64,000 nt of DNA. Origin: Bugula neritina (taxonomy: Eukaryota > Animalia > Bryozoa). Location: contig OZ037766.1 of the NCBI GenBank assembly GCA_964035545.1, positions 15,676,722-15,740,721 of the forward strand, read 5' to 3'. Below are positions 1-28,000 of the stretch, one piece after another. A program made the translations under genes and the position numbers. Within the stretch, counting starts at the first letter, position 1; the number at the start of each line of letters is the position of its first letter. The notes under the pieces were generated by a model. That model saw only the letters and a list, made by a program, of their open reading frames with translations. It had not been told where the DNA came from and ran no database searches.

Positions 1-883
1 ACACATATAGCACAGTTTTCTTATTCCAAGTTTTTATTACTGTAGTTAACGTTATATATAATTTTGATTAACCATGAATTAACAATTTTAGAAGAATTTT
101 ATGAAGTGCCAAGGCTAGTGATTACTTAACATTTCAAATTCTACAAAACTTGATCTAAGATGCTACCACAATTGCCAGTATTCTACATATAATTATAAAT
201 TTGATGCCTATAATACAATCACATTATAGTTATAGACAACTGATGTGATATGGTATCAGTGATAATAAAGCTAAAATTTCCCGCATAATGGTGGGTCTCT
301 TTCAACCATTATGGTCAAATATATCCCTGATCACAATTAACATCTTGTTCAACCAAGCGCGTCATTTTCCTTATTGGTTAATAAGTTATAAGTTACTTAA
401 TATGAAATACTTTACAGCAATTTCATCGCGCTGCATATAGTGTTTATTTTCTACTGCTATTCACCAAGTGTTAGTATTAATAGCTCTCATACCTTCACCA
501 TCTCAACAAGGCTTGCCTCACTGCTAAATGAGCTTTGCTATTGGTTGAATTAGCCTACCCTAACATAATAGCTTCAGAGCCTGCTTTATAATCTGTTTTG
601 AAAGTATATGTTGTACGTATAATATGTATTCTAGGTAGATCAACTTCCTCGTTGTTCATGAATTCAGCTTTCATAAGGGGGTATCATTGCATTTGTCCAT
701 TCCAAAGAAATTTTTGTTTGTAATCTGAATGCAGTTTTTAAAAACGTGTAACAAAAGAGAGTAAAGAGAGAAGCTCACTAAGTGACTAAGTTCTATTTCA
801 TGTGCATTATTTTACCAGGTCATATTTAAACTGTTTATACAAAATGAAGTCATGATGTAAGCATGTGCTTATTATATTTCAAG

Positions 884-13190
<12,307 letters not shown>

Positions 13191-14215
13191 AGGCATATCG
13201 AAGGGCAACAGTTTACATTTATTATTTTCAATGTGTTTTTTATTCCTTTCTTATTTATTAGTATGCGGACTGAAATGAGAACTATAAATATGAAATAAAC
13301 TTAGGAAAGTTGACAGCGATGCTGGCCCACAACCTATGTTTGTCAAGCTGCAAACCTTTGTCTTCGTTTTTGTAACTTTTTCAACTGATTCTATATTTTT
13401 TTCTGTGATTTTGACTGATATTATACTTCATATGTAAGTATTTTTATTGTAAAGTCTTACCTATGCACCAGTATCAAAATTTAAACATATGATATTTAAC
13501 TTTTATAAATAAACTATAATTATGATTATTTTATTTTGTATAGAAATCAATTGAACTAAATCTATAATAATTCTGTAAAATACTAGCTCATGATGGTGTC
13601 TTTTTGCTTTAACCTTAAAAATCATTTAAATTGCAAATATTTATCAATTAGTTAAATGCAGCTCTTTTACCTGCAGAATGTAAAACAATAGTGTGACTAG
13701 GGTTTCCATCAAATCTAACTCCATTTCCTTCACCTAGACTGTGTGACTTAGACAGAATGCTATTTTTGTATAATTGTAGGGCATTGTATATTGTCCATAG
13801 ACATGTAAGGAGTATGTTGTAATATAAAAAGCTGGTCAAGTAATTTATTACTTCTTCTTAGTAAACCATAAGGAATTATTAATCTTAGTTAGCGTTGCAA
13901 TTAGCCTGCACATCTGCACCCACAAATACAGCAAGAAGTAAACTTCTAATAATTTTTGGCAGCACTTTTATGTATATCAATGTTTGAGCTGATGATCCAA
14001 GACCACCCAGTGTGTCATTGCACCACACTGGTTAAAATCAATTTTGATAATTCAGCTTGAACTTGAGACCCAGCAACCTTGCAGACAATCCGTGTAGACT
14101 ATTGGTTGCTTAGAAAAACAAAATTTTGACGCTCAGCCATGCATATTAATGCATTTCCTGAAAGTAAACACAACATATTATATCAACACTCTGGTAATAA
14201 ATAACATTTGTGAAG

Positions 14216-17200
14216 ATGGAGTCATATAGAGCACTTCTCCTAGCGATTACAACATGGCTGTTACACTGCACTCCTGTACAACCTACAGAGTTCTTGTGCT
14301 CCTCTCAAACCTCTGGTAAGTATAAGGTGTTAACTGTTCTATCAGTAGCCAAACTTCAATTGATTGAAAAAGTCAGCTGGGTAATTTAGCATAATACTTA
14401 TGGACAATAAATTTGTTGGCGGTAACCTACATTTGAAAAGCTGCAAATCACTGTCATCATTTACTATATAGTCTAATTAAACAGTCTTTGTAATTAAATC
14501 ATTATATTTGCATTTAACTCACTCACTTTGCTAATCGATAAGAGCAATTAACAATTATTTCTTGAAAATTATGCTTTCAACAGTATTGCTACAGCTTCTA
14601 CATGGAATGTTGTATTATGGTATTTTATTTTACTGTTACAGATTTATTACCAATTTATTTTTACTTTTTATTTTTGATTTTACGTAGACCTATTTCACTA
14701 TTTATAGGTGAAACACCGTGGCTTCTTGAAGTCATGCTGTATTTGTTTTTTTCATTTATTATATATAACTGCTTGATCAGAGCAATATATTTTAAATGTT
14801 GAACTTTTTCAATATCATTTAATTCTTAACATTGCATAACCAACATCAAAGACATGTTTTGCAATTGCACCGCCATCATTTTGATCAATGTTTTGTAAAC
14901 TGAAATTAGGACAATATGAATTTTTTGAGGTTTACTACAATGACAAGTTTTTAAATCAATAAGTAGAATTTTTTATAATACGCTACTTATAGAAAAAAGA
15001 CTACTACTTACTATCTATCAACTTTTTTATCTCGTTATGCATGGCAAGTTCCAATCGCTAGATGATCAACAGTATCAAAATAAATCAGCCATCAGCATAT
15101 TGTATTACGAATGGGATATCTATAGTCATTATTTGACCATTGTCATGATGACATCAAGTTCATTTACACAAATTCACTTGAGTAATATCTTGGCAACACA
15201 TTGGCGTGTACAAACTTTGCACATCATTCTTAACTCTGCAAAGATTTGTCAAATGGTGAATAAATAATGCGTCATGCCTGAAATAAATATAGAGTAAAAA
15301 TCAAGGAAGATTGATACTTATTTAAAAATAGAATTCCGGATCCAATCTTATATATATACTAACCTAGCTATATCCTTTAAGGTAAAGAGATAAACATTTT
15401 TACATAGCTTAGGTTTATAATTTCTAGTTTGGCATAGAGTTTTGAAATAGCAGTGATATATTTAGTATAATCTGGCTTTATATTAGAAGTGTCAGATTTG
15501 TAAACTTTTTGAGATTTAGAATTTTAGTATCATCATTATAGAGTTTTTAACAAAATTATGCCGAGTTGGAGATGAACAAATGCAGTAATATGGGGTTCTC
15601 ACATTTAGAGTTAGGGGACCCAACTCTAAACTTGAGAACCCCTAACTACTGCACTCAGTCACTCCAAACTCTGAGCTGCTTATAGAACAATTCTAAAAAC
15701 TTACTAAGTTACACAAAGGTTAGTTTATCATAATTGTATGTAAACTTCTGGCCTACTAGCAGTACTACAATATAAGCTATAATTAGCTTATTGTGACCAG
15801 CAAATATCAGCTCGATATGTTCCATAACATTTCATCACTTTCAACTGACACATGTCCAAACGTGACAAGTAAATTGAGCTATAACACAGAAATGGCGAAA
15901 TCGGAGCTGATGACTTTTCATTGTCTGTATACTCGTATGTTTATGTAGTTCCCAAACTGACTTGAAGTTTTTGGTTACTGCCTGTTCCCAGAGAAGCAAA
16001 ACTTTCTCGATTTTGTAGAAAGATTTCAAGTTATTCTCCTACTAAACTTACATTATGGACCTGAATGCAAGCAGCAAAATCCAAGATGGCAGACCCCATT
16101 ATTACCACCAGAAGTCTTTATATGGCAAAGTACCTTGCAGCAAAAAATCGGTTAGAAACAAATTTACAGGGTTTTTATATATTTTGCTGTTTTATGACAA
16201 ATAAGTATTTATTGCTGTAATTAATTTTTAGTCGGCAAAAAAGTTTCACATATAATTTAGCAATGTACTCGGAGAGAAAATGATATGTTGTGTTCGTCAC
16301 AAAGTAAAAGTACATTTATTCCATTATTTGTCAGCTTTTACCCAAATGGACATTATGTTAAGAAATCAAAATGACCACTACTTTGTTTCAATTTGTAGTT
16401 GTGTTGTGCAGGTATGTACAATTGTCACTATGCATAGCATGTATGCATAGCTTTGTAACACTTTTGTAGGTTCAGGTGTGCATCTTTTACAACTTATATT
16501 ATTGCAATTGATTTTAAGTAAATTCAGCAATAAACATCACTTTTAATAGTGAACCAGCATATATTGTAGAGTCCACAACTGTTCTACACGCAAAAATCTG
16601 GAAGAGAAAATCAGCTAATGCAATGCCTAAGCTTCTTTTAGTTATTTGTCCAACTATATTTAACATGGATTGTACACAACGTTGCATCAAATTATACAGT
16701 ATCTCAACATATCATTGGTAAAATTGCTAATGCCTAAAATAGTTTATTAGATATTACAGGCAAAAACGTTAGGTTTATGGATGGTGGAATGGTGGTATTG
16801 AAAGTAGATGATTTGTAAAGGCCATACTGAATATAAGCTAGCTAAGTCTTATCATATGGATAAACCTGTTTTTGTCTTGTATAGGTTTCAAAGTTGTTGA
16901 CACATGCAGTGACCCTGATATAGCTGCTAAGGTAATATCTGAGAATATTCCATATACTTGGACCATAGCAGACCTGTCTATTGGAAGAGCAAATAACAGT
17001 GTCTGTACAGCCAATGGGAACTCTTCTATAAATATAGGTAATAATACTATTTCTTGCTAGTCAACTTTAACCAATGGAAAAGGATTTAATGGTTCATCAA
17101 TAGTTTGTGATCAATTTGTAAGAGCTGATAGAAAAATTCAACTTTTTAGCTTTTGCCTAAAACAATTGAAGTTTTTAAGGCAACTTATGAAATTAAATAA

Positions 17201-20200
17201 TGCCATTTGCTGTGAACTGTAAACAGTATTGAACAACGGAGTTTAAAGCTCGAAAATTTCAAATTTAAAAGTGTGGAACAGAAGTTATGAAAATGAATAC
17301 TGCGCAAGAGATAGAATATGAGCAAATGATAGAACACATGCCTTCTATATAACTCAGGCAATTACCTTTATAGAACCTGTTGATCCAATTACTGCAGTAT
17401 ACTACATTCAGACAAAACGAAATGAAAGACTTTTTACATGTATGTTTGTCCAATTAAATAGAGTTTTTGGTGTGATCAGCCGACTACAATTATTCAAAAC
17501 TATTTTATTCAGTTGAGATATATACATATAATCCTCAATACATTTTATTCAGGTGCCTTGCAAAAAACTTAAGGAACAAAACTCCAAGCTTTAGCATAAC
17601 CAGGAAGTTCTCATAGTGAAATGTTGCTCAATTTTCCATATTTTTGTGCCAAGTGTGCTGAGCCTTTGCAATAGCTAACAAGATATCACTACTTGTTTGC
17701 TGCTGTACAAGGTCTAACTGGCTAGTTGATGTGTGAAATGCTATCAAGTTGGGTCTGTTTGTTACACTCACCTGTTTAACTTGGTTTTATTTCTATAAAC
17801 AATTGATACTGTAGAAATGCAGCATGTGTACTTTTGCTACAACAAAAAACCAAGCCGACAGGTTGCTCATGCCCTAAAATATTGAGGTGCTCCAGTTATT
17901 CTTGAAACATTAAATAATACTCATTAGCACATCATAGTTGAAAGGTTACGTACAGCATATTATAGATGAAATAGAGTAGGCTAATCATTGTAGCACATCA
18001 AGTGCTAAATACTCTAAATTGGTGCATATTTATTGTTGCAGATATTCAATTTCGAGTATTTCTCAATAGTGAAATGTCTAAAAGACATTTAAAACCTAAA
18101 ACACTATATATGTTACAGTAGTTACTGGGATAAACAACTGCTAACATTTAAGCAACACTGTATGGTGATTTATTTGTTATTACCACATTTCTTTGATTAA
18201 TTAGGTTATAGCTGTATTTTTCTCCTATTGGAATTAGTAATGTTATAAATAAATGTTACTTCTATGTGTCAAACTGTAGTAATTTGTGAATTTTGATCCA
18301 GTATATAACTATCATTAATTTACTAGTCCATGCCAGCTTAAAAGCTAAAACCGTTTCCTGAAGTTGAGAGGCAGATGTTAGGAGGAAGTTTGTAAATATG
18401 CCAACTCTAGCTGGCAGTAGTAACCAGGTTTAAAACCTTACAACAGTAATTTTTCAGTCGTGGTTCATGACTTATGCCAGTTTACTTTGTACAAACATGC
18501 AGTGTTAGAGAATGATGTAGTATTTTGCACGAGCAGTCTTATATCAAGGTTTTAGAAACTTTGGACAATTGGTTTTGAACACTGTGAAATATTGTTGGCA
18601 GTGCCACCCAATTTGCATACTCAATTATTGGATCACTCTGTAACAAACAATGCCTAGTTTAGATACGCTAACATTTGTTAGGCAATATTACAATACACGC
18701 TATACATGTTTGCTGTACTAGCTGGTGCTAGGTGATTCGAGCACCTGCACTATTTGGTGCCATTTTACACTAAAGTCACGTGACATGTTTATTTCAAAAC
18801 TAATGAATTCAGCTCACCATTTAAAAACATTCAGTATACCTGTGTAATGCAAGCCTTTAAAAAAGTCGAATATTTATAATGAACACTCTTCTATGATAGT
18901 TCTCTCAGCTGATCACATGAAACACTTTAGAGTGTTAAATGATACTTCCCTATTATTAAAAAACTTATAATTAGTTAATTTGGATCTTTGTTCTTTGAGA
19001 ATAGGTTTTAAAAGTTTCTTTTATACAGTGCATCTTTAAAGTGGCTTTGTTGAAAAAACTGAGAGCAACGTCCATGTTAAATAGGTAAATAATGCATTAA
19101 ATGAAAGCGTTATATGGAGATACCAGCATGAAATTTGCTGAAATTTAGTAATCAATATTTTATTACCAATTGACCATAGCCGTTGATTTAGCTTACTAGT
19201 CTTCAACTATTTCTCTTTCTGTTTCACAGGGTTTGTATCTGAAGTACTACCTACTGGCTATGACAGAGGACAAGGGTTGATAAATGGTGTAGACATTCCT
19301 TTAGTCCTGACAGTTGACAGCAGTATAAACAGCACAGATCTTCATTCAAATACTATAGCTGCTTACAGCCTTCAAACTACTATAATGGTAAGACCCTGTT
19401 TAGTTATATTATAACACTTTAAATAAGTCCAAATTTGTTTTTAAAATTTTGATCGTGAAAATATTGCTCTGTTGATGATGGTAGGTAATTTTTAGCAAGG
19501 TAATCATGCAACAAAATAAAATAATTATGTTGCCTTGAGTGACATATTTTTTAAAAAAATTATAAATTAAAAAGATAGAAACTAGCAAAACTCAATAATT
19601 TAGCATCTGTAGTGGTAATCAAAAAATATCTTTGTAGAATTTTTGCCTAAGGCCTAGAAGACAAAAGTTTACAGAATGCTTTTTTTAAATATAATTTTCT
19701 TCTTCTCTCAATCAATTAAAGGGTGTATTATTGGCTGTGAAAATATCTCTGCTCATCTAACAGTATTGCATAGAATAAAGAATATAATATTATAATTATC
19801 AAGAAAAAAATTATATAGTTTGAGGGGTTTAGAATCTATTTCTCAATTGATCGAATAAGTGCACTTTTTATTAAAGCATTGCTATGCGTAGCAATAAAAC
19901 AAAAGAAATGCATCTTAGCAACAGTATTGAGGCAGCATGCTGACTTTGTTTTAAAATATAGTTAATTATCAAGATTGATAAAAAATTTTCAAATATAGTT
20001 TTAAACTAATGATATTTATAAGCTAAGCAGTTTAGATTATTTAAATTGCAAATAATACACAATTATAATAATTTACCTGCCTGCCAGGCAAGGCAATCCT
20101 TGTTGGATTAGTTAAGAGCTGTATTTATTAAAGGTATTAATGCAAGGGTGATTGATTAGTTTTTGCTACCAAACAAAGTTAATTCTGTCATTAACTATAC

Positions 20201-23200
20201 ATGATATCCTCATTCTTCTCAGTGGAGGGTTGGCAACACCTACACACAGCTTTCCTGTTTCCTTCTATGATAGTATATGGTGTGTAAACAACACCTTCTA
20301 AGGAAATCTTTTTTTATGTTGTCTGAGATATTTGGAAACTGTACAAATATTGCTTTAGGATGCAACAAGGCTTATGGTGGAGATGAATTGGGACTATGTT
20401 ACTGTCATCTATTCTGACAATGTGATTGGACATAAGAGTCTGGAACTGTTCCAAAATATTTCTCGCCATCACCAGATCTGCATTGATAAATCTATCGGTA
20501 TAACTTACAATACTGATCTGGACATTTCAGATATTGTAACTGTTGGAGTTGTGCTACTTGGCTCAGAGGGTATAGGTAAGTAAGTTTAAACAGATAAGAG
20601 CTTTAGCCACTGCCAAGCTTTTAAAAATAAAAAATGAGGCCATAATATATTGCCTTGGAAATTTTGACAAAGTTTCACAATACCTTCTAATTATGATTAA
20701 TTTCCAAGTTTTGTAATGTAATAGTTGTATTAATTTGCTTCTATGTAAGATATATAAGCAGGTGATTCAGGTTTAAAACTTTAGTATTAAAATTTTACAA
20801 GCAGAAAAATGCTCAGCAAAACTATGTCTACATTCTCGAGGTTTGTTTTGTGCTAAGCTCCTATTTCTGGTCCCCTTTATGTCAAGGAGAGACAAAATCT
20901 TATGATACTGCATTAGCTAGGTGTTGAAAAATGCATTTTACTTCTTCTTTAAAGATAATGGTGCATCGTTTCAAATTCAAGTTAAAGCCTATTCAACTAA
21001 TCCAAACTTGCCCCTGTTTGGCAAAATTTTACCAACCTGCATCATTATAACAATATGAGTATGTATAAAGGTAATGCTGGAGTAGCTCAATATACAAACT
21101 GTAAGAAGAAGCGGTATTATCATTTAAACATTTGTTTGAATAATGTTTGTATTGACTTTTAAGTGCTACATCGGCTTCAACAACTGACTCCATCTTCCCA
21201 TGTCTGGGTAACTGTTCATGACATCCGTGATTTGGACATCAAAGATGGAGTAAAAGTATATTCTGTGGTTGGGGAGAGCATGTCTCAGAGAATAACAAAC
21301 TCTCTCGTGTCTTTCAGTAATGCCCTGAGTTCAACTGAAAACATTCCTAACTGCATCTCAAGTAAGGACCAACTTGGAGAAAAATTATTTCCAACACTAA
21401 AACTGCAAAGTTCATGTGTACCTTTGAAAGAATGTTCCAGTTATTATTACAATACTCGTTTATATATTGCAGTTTTTGCTTTTTGCATTGTAGCTTCGTC
21501 TCTATATTTATCCCCTAGTTTCTACATTAATAATTATTTTGGAGCTTGCTATAGCAGACATCTACTTTTTAAAAACTTTCGTATTAAAAATTTCACGTAC
21601 AGAATCAATTTGGATTTTGGAGTATCAAAGCTTTAATGTAGCCAATTATGATAATGTGATTACTTCTAGATTACTGCTGCTTCAGAAAATATCTTACAGA
21701 AAATATTTAGGTTATCTCTTTATACCTCAGCTTCTGCAGCTTTAACCATATTAGAAGGTTTTAAATGTTAAAGCGTAGTAATCAACTGGTACTAAATGAT
21801 AGCTTATGTACCTAATCAATCGAAAGAGTATCCTGGTTTTGCACTTGCACATCCTTGAAAGAGAATCCTGCATGCCTCATGTAGTTATATACTGTTATGG
21901 TCTGTTTTATCTTTTAATGTTTTATTTTCAAAGATGATTCTGGCGGGTGTGTCAGCACCCCTGGGTTTAGGAAAAGCTTCTCCAGTAAGCTCTTAGAACA
22001 GTTTGACTTGAGTTTGTGGCATACTATTGATGACAAAGGAGTGGTGATATCTACCCCTCAGCTACAACAATTGACTTCTTCAGTTTTCTATCATGACACT
22101 GAGATAATTGAGGTAATATGCACCTACATTTCACAACTTTAAAAAGTTGTGAGCCTTAAAAATAATATTTTACATATTATGTAAATAACTAGGCCAAATT
22201 AATAAAAAACTATAACTCAAGAATTTCACTCGTGAATATAATCAGAATAGCCTCATGGTAAAACTGGGTGCGATATAATAAATTTTGCAAACTGTTTAGT
22301 GAATATTAGACATTTGAATCGTGGCCTTCGTTTCCAGTAAATATATTACACTGTATAAACACTGCACTTATTTCTAAAGGCAACTGATATGGATGAATAT
22401 TTTACAGTTATTATAAAGAATAGTTTATGAAAGATTCGTTCACACAATGATGGTGAATCAATAAGAAACAGGGACGAGATTTTAATTTGTGTTCTTATTA
22501 GGTGTGTAATAGGCGATTGCTTGGAATAGACAAATGTGGGTAATCCATCATTCATAAACTATACTCTTTGACACAAACACTGCAGAGCATGCTGTCTTTG
22601 ACTACATTATAATGCACAGGGCAATAAAAAGCTTTAATGCATTTGAGGAACTTCCCATAATTTGTAGTAAAAACCTTTTATGAATTTTGTAGGTGGCAGA
22701 AGCTTTATCAAACGGTACCATAATTACCTATAGTAGATTCAATCCTATATCTTCCTTGTGCCTGGGTGACTGTAGAGGAAAATGTGGACATTTCAATGTT
22801 GATGAACATACGACTTATATCCATGGAGAGTGGGTCATTGTTGTGTTTGTCCCTATACATGAAACGTAAGTTAATAACTTTGATATTAAGTATATCAAGC
22901 ATTGTAACTTACATACCACACAGCATAATGTTTAAATATGTGTCAGTAGTTTGTAAAATATTTCTATAAGAATCTTACAAATAGCAGTCTTCATTGTTTT
23001 AGAGCTGACTTAAATGATCAGTGGTCCTGCACCAATTTTACCACAACTCGGTTGTTCAGGACAGAGGCAGCTGTGTTTGCATTTCAAACTTTGATAGAGA
23101 ATTTGGGTGAAAAACGCTTTGGGTTATTAATTCTTGATTCATGTGGGTACAAGTTAAAACCTGCAGGTGACTTATATGATGTAATCAGAGGAACCAGGAA

Positions 23201-24872
23201 AATCTGTAATCATCAAAATGAATGCTTCAACCCCAAGTCAGTAGTACAGGTTATTGCTGATTACAGCAGCGCCATAACCCAACAGGTGAGATTGAAATTA
23301 ATTTTCTGACTTACTTAATCCAGTGTTTCAAATAAAATCTATGGCTCAGACTTTTATGAATAAAAATCGGTTATTTAGCAACATGTGCAAGCCAGCTGTA
23401 CAATTCTCAACAGCTATACCTTTTAGGTCCGTGTTAAAGATACTATATGTATGTGACAACATAACGTGGTAAAAGTTAAATAATGGTTGGTATGAGTTTA
23501 ATTGTTTTAGATGTCAATATAAAAGGTTAGCTTATTATTTCCAATAAGAAAGTATACATATATAACTAAGAATTTTGCAAAGAGTGCTTGATTACTATAT
23601 AAAGGAGTTGAGGGTCACCATGTGTAAATATAGTCCTGATAATAAGGGTGAATAGCCTGCATCACCAACTATAGCAGAATTCTAATCAATGAACATGTAT
23701 GCCTGTAAAATTACAGTCTATTTTTTTAGAAACTCAACTTCTTTCATTTAAGAATGACTTCAAATTTTTATATATTATGCTTATTATTTTTTCTGTATTA
23801 GGAAATGGATTTTTATAGTCTACAGATTCAGGTTCCATTTGTGCATGACTATATTTCAAAAACAAACCAAAACATTTTTTATATATACAAGTTGGTTCTA
23901 TATATTAGGTATAGAAAGTTAATAACAATAGACTGATGATAGACCACAACCAGCAATGAATCTGCCAAATTATGTATGCAATACTACCTATTAGTTTTAC
24001 TGTTGCTTATTCTAAAATTTAAATAATTTGCTTGTTTCGTCATCTACTCATACTTTGCAGAATAATTACCATGTATACATTTTTATGATATTTTATTTTA
24101 CTCATTTATTAACACCTCTTGACAGTTACAAACAGTGACTAGAGAAATGCCAGTAATACAGATGGCCTATGGCGCCTCCAGCATTACTCTTAATGACAGA
24201 AAAAACTACCCATACTTTCTCAGGACAAACCCTGCTGATAATCTTCAAGGTCATTTTATGGTGGCTCTTTTGAAATCGTTTAAAACAAGTAAGATAAATG
24301 CAGTCAATATCATCTACACTGATGGTCTATATGGCAGGACAGGGGCCGAGGTGAGTTGATGATCACGTAGTCAAAATCAAATGTATATTTTACACCCATA
24401 GTCACATCAATAGTCATACTCATAGTCTTAAACCTATAGTCATACACGTGTAATACAACTACTCATAATCATAAGTTTACAAAAGTCATCTTCCAACTGC
24501 TCACGTTTCACAGATGAAAAGAAAGATGGGGAGATTATTATTGAGTTATAATTATAGAAAATGGGATTTTCTGACTACAATTTATGTTTTAGTGTTTCAT
24601 AATTACCAGTATAACTGTTCATTTTTTGAGTTACATAATTGATTTTATTTTATTCAACTTTTTGATAAGTGGTTATTTTTTGGTTTTAAAGTTTAATTTT
24701 TAATGTTGCTGTAAATATTCAACACTTTCAAGCATCAACTTGCAGTTGTCTACCCTTTAATCAAGATTATATCACTGCTAGCATAGTACTTTGTAACCAC
24801 AGCTGGTGGCAGTAGGTTTTGAGTTTTCTACATAAAATTAGATGCACGTTCATGTTTGTCTAACAACACACA

Positions 24873-24948
<76 letters not shown>

Positions 24949-24956
24949 CACACACG

Positions 24957-25039
<83 letters not shown>

Positions 25040-28000
25040 TGGGTTTTAGGAATGGTACAAACTGTGCATATTGCATAGTTGAAGAAATGAATTTAACTTT
25101 TAGGTAGTAAAAGAGAACTTGGCAAAGGAACAGATTTGTGTACATTTGGAGAGAAAGGTTAATGTCACAGCAGCAGACAACGATTTTGATCAGCTAGTAA
25201 CAGATATCATATACAGTAGTGGAGATGTAAAGATTACTATTCTCTTTGTTGATCCCGAGGTACGGCTTTGCTCTCCATGTATTCTAAAATGTTACCAGAT
25301 ATAAAGCTTACTTCTTACCATATCATAGTATTAGGTCTAAGTAACCAGATTTAAATTAAACACATACATGATTGTAAAAAAACTTTTTTGCTAGTTAAAT
25401 GAAATCTAATACCAAGCCAAAATTTATGATTTAATTAATTTAAGAGTTTATGCAATTCCAATTTGTTTTTTATTACTGCAAGTAAATATTAGGTAATTAT
25501 TCTTTTAGTTCAGATATAAAGATTGTCGCTGAATATAATTGAATCGCTTTCATGCAAGGCACATTTATATAAAAATATCGTATTATATAATTACAACTTA
25601 AATAATTTTTTGTGTACCTTTGATTGCAGATAACTTTAGTAAAAAGCAAACATGCAAAAACAGTTATGTGCCTAAAAAATAATGCAGATTTTTGTGAACT
25701 AAGTTTGATGAATAAAATATTCAGTGTTGAACTTTTGCACGGTGTATTTGTTAATTAATAGATATAAGCCTATATTATATTTGAATTCAGAGAGCGTTTA
25801 TGTTGTTTAAACAAGAATATAAGAATAGATTTTTATATAACGAGCAATAACATACTAAAAAAAATACTTCTATATACTACTATATTAGTATGCTAATTTA
25901 GAATAGTGCTAAAAATAACGTGCACATTTACTGTTTTTAAACACTTTTTACAGCATATTAATGACTTGATGGACACTGTGATGAAACCAGCTTTCAAGAC
26001 AGCTTGGTTGAAAATGAAAGTAAGTTTCCTTCTTAGTGATACGTGGAATGATGACCCAGCTCTCTTGGCTAGTTATGGAGATATTATGAGAGGAAGTTTT
26101 TCTTTCAACTTCAACAGCGATTTTCAAGTGAGTGTAAACTGTGCAGGTATTTTTAGAAGTTGCTGCTATTTTTTTTAAAATAATGGTTATCTATAAAAAG
26201 AACTGTTGTTGGAGGTTAATTGTTTCATCAATGTTTTCCCAAGAAATTTTTTGTGTACTGCGTTATAGAATCAAGTTACGATGTGTTTATTTTTAGACTA
26301 ATTCCTTCACCACTCACTTGAAGAATATTAGGTTACCTACAATTGATGATAGGAATTATTGGCTCTCCACCCTGGTTCAGGAAGTTGGTAAATGTAAGAT
26401 ACGGGGAAACTTTCACAGCACTTATAACAGGGAATGTAACTCCAGAGATGTAAGGTTGACAAATTTAGAAGGGGAATCTTACTCGTCCCATCTGATGAAA
26501 GCTATTACAGCTACAATCTATGGTCTACGGGCCATCACCCTAGATGAACATAAAGAGTTCGTATTCCATGCCAATACTATCAAAGATAGATACAGAAAGC
26601 TTTTGAATGTCAAAATACCACAAGTTCTTGAAAATAGAGGTCCAAAAACTCACAATCCATTCACAGAAGCTGGAAATGGCAAGGTTGGCTATTCTATCTA
26701 TAATATTAAATTGGAAGGGAACAACAAAATACCTACATATGTCTTGGTTCAACGGACAGGCTCGAGTGTAAATGATAAACTGGGTACAGCTCAAAACTTG
26801 ATTGCGTTTTACGATGGGTCAAATATCCCGACTGCAAGTATAACTAGCACCATTCCAAAATGTGTCATATCTACATCAAACTCGGCATCTTCAGACAACT
26901 CTGGCAGCCACCTTACGACACCACTCATGGTGATCACAATTCTGCTCGGTATTCTTCTGACAGCAATAATCATTGCTGTAATCATTATAGGTAAGCTTTC
27001 ATTCACTTGGTTTCAATTTTTTTATTTAAAGAACTTAAAATTACTATCATTATAATAATTGTTGTTTTACATTAATTTGGTACACCACTAGTTAGAATTG
27101 TTTTTAGTACTCTGCTACCGAAAAAAATGGGAACAGCTGAAACACAACAAAGAAGGTGAAAGAATATCGATGCAAGTTGTAGATGGGAAAGATGAAGGGT
27201 ATGATGAGATATGTAAGTTTTGCTTAATATTTTTAATACTCTATAAGTCGGTGAACTTTAAATTAATTTTCTTCTCTGCCAAATGAATTATAACCCATGG
27301 TATGAAGTTTTGCTGCTTCAATTTATTTAAAGAAAATTGCCAATGCCAATGAATACTATACCATACTTTTTGCAAGAATAGCTGATATAAAACTGGTTAA
27401 AAAAGCTGTGAAATTATGGTCGAAGTCTTTTATTATAGTTGTGTCTGCTTGAAACCAATACATGTTTCCTTCCACTTTGATTCTGTTTTGTATTAAAATT
27501 TTCATGTGAATTATTGTTAGCAAGCAAAGTAAACTGTATTAGTATGCATGTTGATTGCTGATATAATTACTAGTTGCCAACCATAGCTGCATAAACTTCC
27601 AAAATGATGGCACATACATCTTGGCTGTTATGCTGTCAATGTAACTATTTCAGCATACATGCATTACATGTCTGAAGCTCAAAGAGCCAACATCTTGAGA
27701 TTTGTTGCTACAAACCCAGGAACAGCCCCTCCCACCTACATGTTGTCATCAGGTAGCTACAACTCCTCGCTATATTTATCAGTCATATATGCGGTTATGT
27801 AGCCATTAAGATAGAAGATTTCAGACAGCATCAAGTCAAGTTTGTATTTTAAATTTAATCTAAAAAAAACTGCTGGAGTTCCTAAAATTTGCATGAGGGG
27901 GAAATTGAAGAAAACTTTTAGAAATAACTCTATTAAAAATGCATGGTATATACATGGCGAACAGAATTTATTCATATTTACTGTCAAATCAAATTTATCA

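Noticed and set aside
1-883. Signal-peptide first exon of paralog A
   Set aside because: I found no ATG-initiated hydrophobic exon with a phase-1 donor. It probably lies upstream of the window.
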